NCBI GenBank assembly: GCA_964490105.1 | Contig: CAZAZU010000001.1 | Location: 498,361 to 562,360, forward strand | From: an uncultured Gammaproteobacteria bacterium | GTDB taxonomy: Bacteria; Patescibacteriota; Microgenomatia; Levybacterales; UBA12049 | Length of the DNA: 64,000 bases | Direction of reading: 5' to 3' | Shown here: positions 49,064-57,800 of the stretch, one piece after another | How positions within the stretch are numbered: the stretch's first letter is position 1 | Layout of the letters: every line of letters begins with the position of its first letter | The notes under the pieces: generated by a model | Databases searched by the model: none | What the model saw: only the letters and a program-made list of their open reading frames with translations | What the model was told of the DNA's origin: nothing | Made by a program: the position numbers and the translations under genes

Positions 49064-50119
49064 ATGAGTAAAAAAATATTTTTTATCGTTCTAATATTAA
49101 TCCTAAGTGCTTTAATAGCATTTGCCGAAATCGCACAAAAGCCATTAAAAACAATTGGGTGGATTCCATATTGGGATCAAAATGCTGCTACCCAAAGCTT
49201 TAAAGAAAATGTTGATAAGATAGATTACGTTTCTCTTTTCTGGTATAGAATTGATGAGAACGGTAATTTAGGAGCATATGAAGGAGTCGTTGAAGACAAG
49301 TCTATAATTGAATTTGCTCACAAAAATAATGTGAAAGTTCTAGCTCTTATCGCAAACCTGGACGAGTCCGGAGATGGAACATGGGATCATAAAAGAGTCG
49401 ATACTGTTATTGCAACAAAAGAAGCTAGAGAAAAACATATCAGCGAACTAATCGATCTAGTTGAAAAAAATAATTTCGATGGAATTGACATAGATTATGA
49501 ATCTCTGGAAAGTTATCAAAAAGACGATTTCTCATTATTCATTAAAGAGCTTTCTAAGGAACTTCATAAAAGAGATAAAATTCTTGGAGTTGCGATTCAT
49601 CCAAAAACATCTGAAAACAATCCCCAGGAAGACAATGGATCTAGAGCTCAAGATTTAAGAAAAATCGGAAGATATGCCGATCAGCTGTACTTCATGACAT
49701 ATCTTGAACATGGTGCATTTAGTCAGCCTGGACCAATCGGCTCTCTTTCCTGGATGGAAGGAGTCATAGAATATGGAATATATAAAGTGCCTCGCCAAAA
49801 AGCATATCTAGGAATCGGGCTTATGGGAGCGCAATGGACTAAAAATCCTGACGGAACATATAAACCAACAGAAAGTGAAATGTCATTCTTGGATGTTTTA
49901 TCAAAAGTTAATATTTACAAATTAACTCCTATCTGGGATGAAAAATCAAAAACACCTTATCTTACTTTTAATGAGAATGGAGCGGAAAATATTATATGGT
50001 TTGAAAATGCGGAAAGCGTAAAACTTAGAGTAGAACTTGCAAAAAAATATGGGGTTGGCGGAGTCGCACTTTGGAGACTTGGAGAAGATGATGAAAGAAT
50101 TTGGGAGTACTTAAAATAA
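49064..50119 (+). CDS. Secreted glycoside hydrolase family 18
   Basis: Signal/TM; catalytic FDGIDIDYE (DxxDxDxE), MTY, GVALWRLG. Confidence 0.9.
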   Translation: MSKKIFFIVLILILSALIAFAEIAQKPLKTIGWIPYWDQNAATQSFKENVDKIDYVSLFWYRIDENGNLGAYEGVVEDKSIIEFAHKNNVKVLALIANLDESGDGTWDHKRVDTVIATKEAREKHISELIDLVEKNNFDGIDIDYESLESYQKDDFSLFIKELSKELHKRDKILGVAIHPKTSENNPQEDNGSRAQDLRKIGRYADQLYFMTYLEHGAFSQPGPIGSLSWMEGVIEYGIYKVPRQKAYLGIGLMGAQWTKNPDGTYKPTESEMSFLDVLSKVNIYKLTPIWDEKSKTPYLTFNENGAENIIWFENAESVKLRVELAKKYGVGGVALWRLGEDDERIWEYLK

Positions 50120-50121
50120 TT

Positions 50122-51180
50122 ATGAAAACTATAAAACACAATAAACCATTAGTAGGTAGACAAGAATCTAAAGCGATTAACGATGTAATGAAAAGTGAGT
50201 GGATTATCGCTGATTCAGAAGTTAGAAAATTCGAAAAAACTGTTGCAAAAATGAATAAATTTAAATATGCAGTTGCAGTTAACAGCGGTACTGCTGCGAT
50301 TCATTTAGCTCTCCTTTCGCTTGGCGTTAAAGAGTCTGATGAAGTAATACTATCTTCTTTTACTGTTGCAGACCCACTTAATGCAATAAATTATACAGGC
50401 GCAAAAACAGTTCTAGTAGACATTGAAAAAAATTCTTTTGACATGAATATTGATGAAATAAAAAGAAAAATTACTAAGAAAACAAAAGCAATTATTGTTC
50501 CTCATATGCTGGGTTCGTTTGCAAAAATTGATGAGCTGGAAAATCTTGGAATTCCAATTATCAATGACTGCGCTCAATCAATCGGCGGAATTTATAAAGA
50601 TAAACCAATTGGATCATATGGTGACTTAACTATTTTTTCATTTTATGCGACTAAGTTAATTACCACAGGCCAAGGTGGAATGGTTTTAACAAATAATAAA
50701 AAACGCGCAAAGTTTATGAGAGATACAATCGACTATAATGGCAGGACAAATTATAAAGTTAGATTTAACTACCCTATGACAGACATATCTGCTGCAATGG
50801 GAAATGTTCAGCTAAAAAAACTTAATGATTTTATAAAAAGAAGAAGAGAAATTGCCAAAAGATATAAAGGCGCGATTTCTAATAAAGAAATCTCTACTTT
50901 CCCAAATCTTGATGAAGGCTATTCAAATTTTTATCGTTTCGTACTTAAATTTAATAGTCAGAAAAAAAGAACAGAAGCTAAGAAAATATTTATGAAGAAT
51001 AAAATAACTGCAATTGTTCCAATTAAAGAATATGAACTTTTGTATAACTGTGTAGGGGATAATAAAAAGGATTATCCTAATTCTCTAGAGATGGCTAATA
51101 CTTGCCTATCGATTCCGATTTATCCTGCATTAAGTGAAGCCGAAATTAAAAGAATCATAGATGTATTAAAATCTCTTTAA
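50122..51180 (+). CDS. DegT/DnrJ/EryC1/StrS sugar aminotransferase
   Basis: AVNSGTAAIHLAL, DCAQSIG, SFYATKLITTGQGG (PLP Lys), LSIPIYP. Confidence 0.9.
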   Translation: MKTIKHNKPLVGRQESKAINDVMKSEWIIADSEVRKFEKTVAKMNKFKYAVAVNSGTAAIHLALLSLGVKESDEVILSSFTVADPLNAINYTGAKTVLVDIEKNSFDMNIDEIKRKITKKTKAIIVPHMLGSFAKIDELENLGIPIINDCAQSIGGIYKDKPIGSYGDLTIFSFYATKLITTGQGGMVLTNNKKRAKFMRDTIDYNGRTNYKVRFNYPMTDISAAMGNVQLKKLNDFIKRRREIAKRYKGAISNKEISTFPNLDEGYSNFYRFVLKFNSQKKRTEAKKIFMKNKITAIVPIKEYELLYNCVGDNKKDYPNSLEMANTCLSIPIYPALSEAEIKRIIDVLKSL

Positions 51181-52400
51181 CCTCTTTTTGGACTTGTCCA
51201 AGTCCCGTCAGATTTCTTAAATATTGCCTCTGGAATAGATATAAAAAAGACGATTGTGTCAATAAACCTTAAGAAAACAAATCCAAGTCCTAAGAAAAGC
51301 ATTATTGGTTTTCGCTCTGTTATTGCCACCAATACTGTCATAATATAATCGATTAAAAACACACCGATAAGAATATCAATCAATCTAAATGTTCTGCCGA
51401 TAACAGGAATGGTGACCGGATCAAAGGAATTTAAAATTAGAAGTGTAATTATAAGTGGAATAGTCAAAAAGAATAAACTATAAAAAATAAGTTCTATAAG
51501 AAATGCTCCCATCGTAAGCCATAAAAAACTAGGCCAAATTCCATGTCTAAAAATTGTTTGCCAGTATCCTACGTTCCATCTTCGCAGTTGCTTTATGTAA
51601 TCCTCTAAACTGTATGGATCTTGGTGGGTAGCTTTTATTTCAGGCGCATATATAATCTTTCCAAGCTTCTTCTTCTGAACTTCAAAAGTCATATTAAAGT
51701 CTTCAATAACTAGTCCTGGGGCATCTATTTCTAAGTGCTCTAAAACTCTAGTTCTATAGATACTAAAAGCCCCAGGGATGATATAGCTCGCATTTGCAAC
51801 CTTCCAAGTTTGACCAAATCTAAGTCCCCATTGCATCACTTTCCAGAGCTTTGCTCTATATGAAATTAGGAATAATTCTGAAAGCTTGGTTCTTCCCCAT
51901 CTTGTTTGACCATGCGGACTAACAGCAGCCACATTCTCATCTCTAAAATATTGAAGCGCTAAATGCAGATAGTTAGGATCAATTATACAATCAGCGTCAT
52001 TAATAAGAATTGCCTTGTACGCTTTTAGAAGACCGTATTCACGCATTATATAAACGAGTGCCTTTGCCTTACCTTTATTTGGACGCAAATCCAAACTTCT
52101 AACTCCCATTGAACGGATTATTTCGATAGTTTTATCTGTTGAAAAGTCACTTACTACATATATATTTCTAGGGGGTAAAACCTGAAGAAGCGCTGAGATC
52201 GTTTTTCTTATACTATCTTCTTCGTTGTGCGCTGGAACTATTGCTGCAACTTCTGAAAAATTTATAGGAAGCGGCTCAAGTCTTTTTTCTCGATTTCTTT
52301 TTGAAGATCCAAATTTTTCGAAGATTAAACGAAGAAAACCTACTATTACCCAAAAAGTGAAGTTAAATCCAAGGGTAAAAAAAGCTAGAAACCATACCAC
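51177..52400 (-). CDS. Processive GT2 glycosyltransferase (PgaC/IcaA/CesA-like)
   Basis: PAHNEE, KGKAKAL, DAD, IED, QLRRW; N- and C-terminal TMs. Confidence 0.88.
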   Translation of the reverse strand: MVWFLAFFTLGFNFTFWVIVGFLRLIFEKFGSSKRNREKRLEPLPINFSEVAAIVPAHNEEDSIRKTISALLQVLPPRNIYVVSDFSTDKTIEIIRSMGVRSLDLRPNKGKAKALVYIMREYGLLKAYKAILINDADCIIDPNYLHLALQYFRDENVAAVSPHGQTRWGRTKLSELFLISYRAKLWKVMQWGLRFGQTWKVANASYIIPGAFSIYRTRVLEHLEIDAPGLVIEDFNMTFEVQKKKLGKIIYAPEIKATHQDPYSLEDYIKQLRRWNVGYWQTIFRHGIWPSFLWLTMGAFLIELIFYSLFFLTIPLIITLLILNSFDPVTIPVIGRTFRLIDILIGVFLIDYIMTVLVAITERKPIMLFLGLGFVFLRFIDTIVFFISIPEAIFKKSDGTWTSPKRG

Positions 52401-53320
52401 TGCGCAGTCCTCCTAATACCTTCCTCTAAGTTAACTTTAGGACTCCACCCAAGCTTTTTCATTTTTGTGAGTGCTGGAAGCCTTCTGTCATGATCATGAT
52501 TTGGTCTTTCAATGAATTTAATTTTAAGATTTTTTTCTGTAATTTTTATTACCATTTTTGCTAAATCAATTATTTTTGTTTCGTTGTCATTTCCCAAGTT
52601 ATATACTTCGCCTTTTTTACCCTTCAATGCAATAGTTATCAAACCTGATACTAAATCATCTACGTAACAAAGTGTTCTTGTTTGAGTTCCCTTGCCCTCC
52701 ACAGTTAGATCACGACCGTTCATGCATTGATTCATGAACCTTGGCATAACTCTTGCGTCACTTCTGCTCATTCCTGGCCCATATGTATTAAATACTCTTG
52801 CGATCCTCGCGTCAACTCCAAAGGCCCTAAAATAGAACATAACTACACTTTCTGCAAATCTTTTTCCCTCTTCATATGTACTTCTGTACCCAGTTGGACT
52901 TACTTTTCCTTCATAATCTTCTGTTTGAGGGAAAACTTCAGGATTTCCGTAAACTTCAGATGAAGACGTAAATACTACCTTTGATTTCGTCTTTCTTGCT
53001 AGTTCCATTACGTTTTTTGTTCCAACTCCAGAAGTAAATAACATTTCTGATCCTAATTTAAGTAAATTATCAACACCAGTTGGACATGCTAGATGAAAAA
53101 TTACGTCAATTTTTTTACTTTCAAGTGATTTTGGAAGGTTTTTAGTAATATCGTGTTTGATGAAAGTGAAATTTTTATTCTTTTTAAGTGTATTTACAGC
53201 TTTATCATTTGAAGTTACAAAATTATCGATTGCGATAACCTGAATGTCTCTTGAGAGAAGAGTACGGCAAAGATTTTGACCTATAAAGCCAGCTCCTCCA
53301 GTGACTAGAACAAGTTTCAT
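52385..53320 (-). CDS. UDP-glucuronate decarboxylase-like SDR (second copy)
   Basis: GGAGFIG, HLACP, SSSEVYG, YEEGKR, RVFNTYGP. Confidence 0.85.
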   Translation of the reverse strand: MKLVLVTGGAGFIGQNLCRTLLSRDIQVIAIDNFVTSNDKAVNTLKKNKNFTFIKHDITKNLPKSLESKKIDVIFHLACPTGVDNLLKLGSEMLFTSGVGTKNVMELARKTKSKVVFTSSSEVYGNPEVFPQTEDYEGKVSPTGYRSTYEEGKRFAESVVMFYFRAFGVDARIARVFNTYGPGMSRSDARVMPRFMNQCMNGRDLTVEGKGTQTRTLCYVDDLVSGLITIALKGKKGEVYNLGNDNETKIIDLAKMVIKITEKNLKIKFIERPNHDHDRRLPALTKMKKLGWSPKVNLEEGIRRTAQWYGF

Positions 53321-54636
53321 AGTGAGAAAACGTGAGAGTTGTGATCTGAAATCTTAACTTTTCTGGTATCTAAAATTGGTTTATTAAAGCTGGAAAGCCA
53401 TTCATAGTCAACTGTGCTGTGATTTGTAGTAATAACTAGTAAATCACTTTCAGCAATTGTTTTCTCACTAAGCTCTACTGACTGACCGCCATTAAACTGC
53501 GGGATAAACGGATCATGATATGAAACTTCATACCCACTTTTTTCAAAAAGTTCCCAGATTCTAAGAGCAGGTGATTCTCTGTGGTCATCAATATCTGGCT
53601 TATAAGCAATACCGATTAAAAGTACTTTTTTCTTGTTATTTTGATCTTTTATATGAACTCCATCCTTCAGTTTTGTAAAAACAGAGGCAATTCCATTTTG
53701 TGAATTAACTTTCTTAATACTTGCAGAAATAATTTCTTCAGCTCGTCTTACAACTTTTTGAGGCTGGTTTTCGTTAATTCTTCCTGCTTCTTTAACAAGA
53801 GTTAAGTCAATTCCAAGCTGTTTTGCATCTTCAATTAGATAGTATGGATCTACTGGAATACAGTGTCCCCCGATACCAGGCCCTGGATAGTGAGCCAAGA
53901 ATCCGAAAGGTTTTGTTGCAGCTGCGTCTACGACTTCCCACATGTCTACATTAATTGCCTTTGCATACTGGTGAACTTGATTTACAAGGCTAATATTAAT
54001 CAAACGGAAAGTATTCTCAAAGATTTTCGTGAGCTCTGCTGTCTCAAGAGAACTTACAGGAACTACCCTATCGATGATTTTTTCATAGAATGCGACAACT
54101 GCTTCAAACGAATTTTCTTCCAGTCCTGATACAACTTTTGGAATTTCGTTTAATTTAAATTTGGAGTTTCCCGGATCAACTCTTTCAGGTGAAAACGCTA
54201 AGAAGAATTCTTCTCCAGCCTTTAATCCTGTTTTTTCAAGTATTGGAAGTGCGATTTTTCTAGTAGTTCCTGGAGCAATTGAGCTTTCAATTACAACTAG
54301 TTGACCTTTCCTTAAATGCTCTGATACCTCAGAACACGCTCCTTCAAGCGCTCTAAGATCTGGCATTTTATTCTCATGAACTGGTGTTTGAACACAAATA
54401 AGAACCACATCAGCTTCGGAAATCTTTGTTTTATCGATAGTAGAAGTTAAATTCTTAATCTTAAGATCATTAATTTTTGAAGCTTTTTGAGGGTTTCTCA
54501 CAAAACCTGTTGTCTTAAAACCTGCCGCAGAGGAAAGTTCTGCTAAAGGCATTCCCACATACCCCATTCCGACAATACCAACCTTGGCAGTTTTATCGTT
54601 AATTTTCTTAATTAATTCAGTTTTAAACTTATTCAT
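53317..54636 (-). CDS. UDP-N-acetylhexosamine dehydrogenase (WbpA/WecC family)
   Basis: GMGYVGMPLA, FSPERVDPGN, KIFENTFR, GIGGHCIPVDP, AYKPDIDD.RESP. Confidence 0.9.
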   Translation of the reverse strand: MNKFKTELIKKINDKTAKVGIVGMGYVGMPLAELSSAAGFKTTGFVRNPQKASKINDLKIKNLTSTIDKTKISEADVVLICVQTPVHENKMPDLRALEGACSEVSEHLRKGQLVVIESSIAPGTTRKIALPILEKTGLKAGEEFFLAFSPERVDPGNSKFKLNEIPKVVSGLEENSFEAVVAFYEKIIDRVVPVSSLETAELTKIFENTFRLINISLVNQVHQYAKAINVDMWEVVDAAATKPFGFLAHYPGPGIGGHCIPVDPYYLIEDAKQLGIDLTLVKEAGRINENQPQKVVRRAEEIISASIKKVNSQNGIASVFTKLKDGVHIKDQNNKKKVLLIGIAYKPDIDDHRESPALRIWELFEKSGYEVSYHDPFIPQFNGGQSVELSEKTIAESDLLVITTNHSTVDYEWLSSFNKPILDTRKVKISDHNSHVFSL

Positions 54637-54639
54637 ATT

Positions 54640-54720
54640 ATGAGATAAAAAAACAACCCTAATATAAGGGTTGTTAATTATCTTCTACCCTTATATTCAA
54701 TGAGGGCAGAATTACAAAAT
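54640..54720 (-). promoter_or_regulatory. Putative transcription attenuator in the 5' leader
   Basis: Terminator AACAACCCT-TATATT-AGGGTTGTT-TTTTT just before the ATG; competing 11-bp helix AATATAAGGGT/ACCCTTATATT; upstream helix TTCTGCCCT/AGGGTAGAA. Confidence 0.65.
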
Positions 54721-54722
54721 GC

Positions 54723-54751
54723 ATTATAATATAGGCTTATCAGAATGTCAA
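54723..54751 (-). promoter_or_regulatory. Consensus sigma70 promoter
   Basis: TTGACA-17 nt-TATAAT on the minus strand; spacer contains AAGCCTATA. Confidence 0.8.
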
Positions 54752-54763
54752 GCGGTGGAATAG

Positions 54764-54830
54764 TTCTCACACGTTTCTCACATTATTCTCATTCAAATTT
54801 ATTGCTATAGGACTAATAATATAGTATAAT
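54764..54830 (+). promoter_or_regulatory. Three 11-bp-periodic TTCTCA(C/T) repeats followed by a sigma70 promoter
   Basis: TTCTCAC 54764, TTCTCAC 54775, TTCTCAT 54786; TTGCTA-17 nt-TATAAT at 54802-54830. Confidence 0.6.
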
Positions 54831-54841
54831 ACTGCCACATT

Positions 54842-57800
54842 ATGGCAGCTCAAAGAATTGAAAGCACAGGATCACATCCAGAAGCAGATAATCTTCCAAA
54901 TAATGGGTCTCATCTGCAGATTGATCGTGGATTAACTCAACTTGAATTAGGCTTATCAACAGCCCCTGTTCTCGGAGAAAATGGAACCCCAGGAGCAGAA
55001 GATGAAAGAATTAATAGTGGAAAGCGAGAAGAAGTATTACAAGCCTTTGCGCGCCAATTCGAAGCATTTAGAGAGGCTCCTGATACTGTCCTGGAAGACT
55101 GGGAAGCAGCAGAAAGAGGCGAAATGGCTGAAATATTGGACACGGGAAAGGTTGATTTCGCAAATGGAGTAGATTCTTTCAGAGAAAACGGACGCACAAG
55201 AAGACTTCCTATCCAGGCTTTTATGAACTTCGTTGCTGTTAAGGCTGATGAGGATGAGCAAGTTGAAAATGATAGAAGAATTCTTGAAAAATATAGCAGG
55301 TCTCCTATCTCAACTATCAGAGGAGATGGCCAGATCAGCAGACAAACACACAGGCAGTTAGCTGATGAAGCAGCCCAAGCAACCCAGGACAGAAGAAGCG
55401 CAGTAAGAAGAGCCCAAACAGGAGTGCGCTGGTTCTATCCGCCTAAAAATGCAGACATAAACAACACCACTCCTGAAGCTTCGCAACCGCAAGATTTATC
55501 GGGTGCAATGCAAATCTTTGAAGAAGCTCTTCGGAGATATAGACATGCCAACAGTCCGATTGATAAAAAAACGGCAAAAAGAGAACTTGATTTAATCACC
55601 AGGCAAATGGGAGATTTAACAGGGGACACGGCTGCTGTAAAAGAATTCCTAGAGGCGAGAAGAGAAGAAGCACGAAAATCAGGAAAAGCGGATCGAGGAA
55701 CGGCATCCAAACTGGAAATACGAGCATCAAAGTTAAGAATAGAACGAGCAGCAGACAGATTATATGAATTGGAAGATTTAAGAAGTAATGAACCAATTAT
55801 TCTGGGGAATTCACCAAGCTCGGATATATCAGATCGCGGCTCTGACCTTCCAAGCGAAACTGCTGAAGAAATTATAACCACTCCTTGGCTTACTTCAATG
55901 ATTGAAACTCAAGTAAGACAGGATGATGCTCCTTGGGGTAAACCTAAACTACCTGGTAATGTGACAGTAACCACAGAGAATGCTCTCGAAAAAATTAAAA
56001 CTCCACTTAGGCTTTCTGGAGGCTTAAATCCTGGAGAAAAAAAGGGCTATAGCCAACCTCAAGCTTCTCAAATTATTAGAAAAGCTGGAGAAGAACTATA
56101 TCGTAGTTATAAAAAGACATGGGATGAAGTATCGAAATTGAGAGCAGATAGCGATTCTAAGGTTACATCAAAGTCTGATCCTATTACTTCTTCAGCGCAC
56201 GATTTTACACCACCATCTTATACTTCTGTAGATTGGTCTAAAACAGATAATGCGAGAGAGGTATGGGAGGCTCAATTCAGAGAGGCAGTAAAAGCAGAGG
56301 AAAAACTACCTGCGCTACCTATACCCATAAGCGCTGCTGATCAACTTCAAGCTGATGAAGACGCAGAAAGAGCCAGAAAAACTGCGGAAGACGATAAAAG
56401 ACGCGCCGCAAGAACAGCTATTGATGACGCTAGACGTTTAGGACAACCGATTCCAGAAGTAGATGAAAAGGGGTTTTTGGTTGACCCTACCTTAAAACCT
56501 GATGAAGATTTATTTCCTGAGCATGATTACACCCCTCCACCTCCATATGTATCCATTGATTGGTCTCAGACAGAAAAGGAAAGACAAAACTGGGAATTTA
56601 AATTTCAATTATTAAATGACATTGCTAGCTGGGATCAAGGAGATATAGGAAGTGAAGATAGTGGAATTCCCCCCGTCGAAACCGTTCCTCCAGTTGCAGA
56701 AAAAGAGAACGTAAAGTTTAATATTATATTTACATCGCTTGACCCAGCATATGATCAAGAAGCAGAAAAATGGGCAGAACAAAAACTTCAACAAGAACTA
56801 ACTCCAACTAAAGGCAGACTAGGAAAAATTAGAAGTATAAGAAGAGTTGCAGCGACCAGAATCACAGAAGAAGGTAAAAGACTAAAATATACTAAAGCAT
56901 ATAAAGAGACTTTGGTAAAAGCAGGTAATCCATATGCGCAAATCGATATAAAAACAGGAGAAGTAACAGATGCAGATCAGGATAGAGACAAATTTGATGC
57001 ATCAGTTCAGGCCACACTTAGAGGACTTGACATAAACCCAGAGCAGTTCGTTGCAAGAAAAGCAACTATCGATGAAAAATTACAAGAAAAGATTAGTTTC
57101 GAACTATATGGATATGCGGCTGGAAAATTAAGCCCAGCGGAAATTGAGGAAAGATTTGCGAGATTCACTAAAGCTAATTCTGTGGACTTAAGAAAATATT
57201 TCGGAAAGGATTTAGATTCTAGTGATTTTATGGCTGGATTTAATTCAAATTTGATTCAAAAACTTGGAGAAATTAGAGAAGCGATTGATCATGGAGTAAT
57301 AACCCTTGATCAAGTGGACTTTAACGTAGGATTTGCAATTCCAAGATGGGGGACAGAAACTCAGGCAGAACTTACCAGAAGAGATAAATTAATAAAAGGC
57401 GCACAAAAAAGAAGGAAAACTGGAGTTTTAGCGAATCCGCTGGTCTTAGGAGGAGGAGCATCGATAGGAACTAGTTTGGCTTGGGGAGCTGCTGGCTGGG
57501 GAGCTAGATCTGTAGCGCCAGTTGTAGGAATTCTACCTGGAGCATTAATCGGAGGATGGAACGCAAAAGCCAGAAGAAGCTATGATCTAAAAAGAGACAG
57601 AGCAACTTTTGAAAAGGATCAAGCATCAGGAGTTAAGGTTACATCTGATCAACCAAGAAGATTAGCATTGGACAGTTTTTCGAGAAGAAAGACTTCGACT
57701 AGACAGCTTAATTATGGAGTAAGCAACTTAATCAGCCGTGATTTATCAAACAATCCATTTTTATCAGATAAAAGAAAAGAACAAAACGAAAAAGCCCTAC

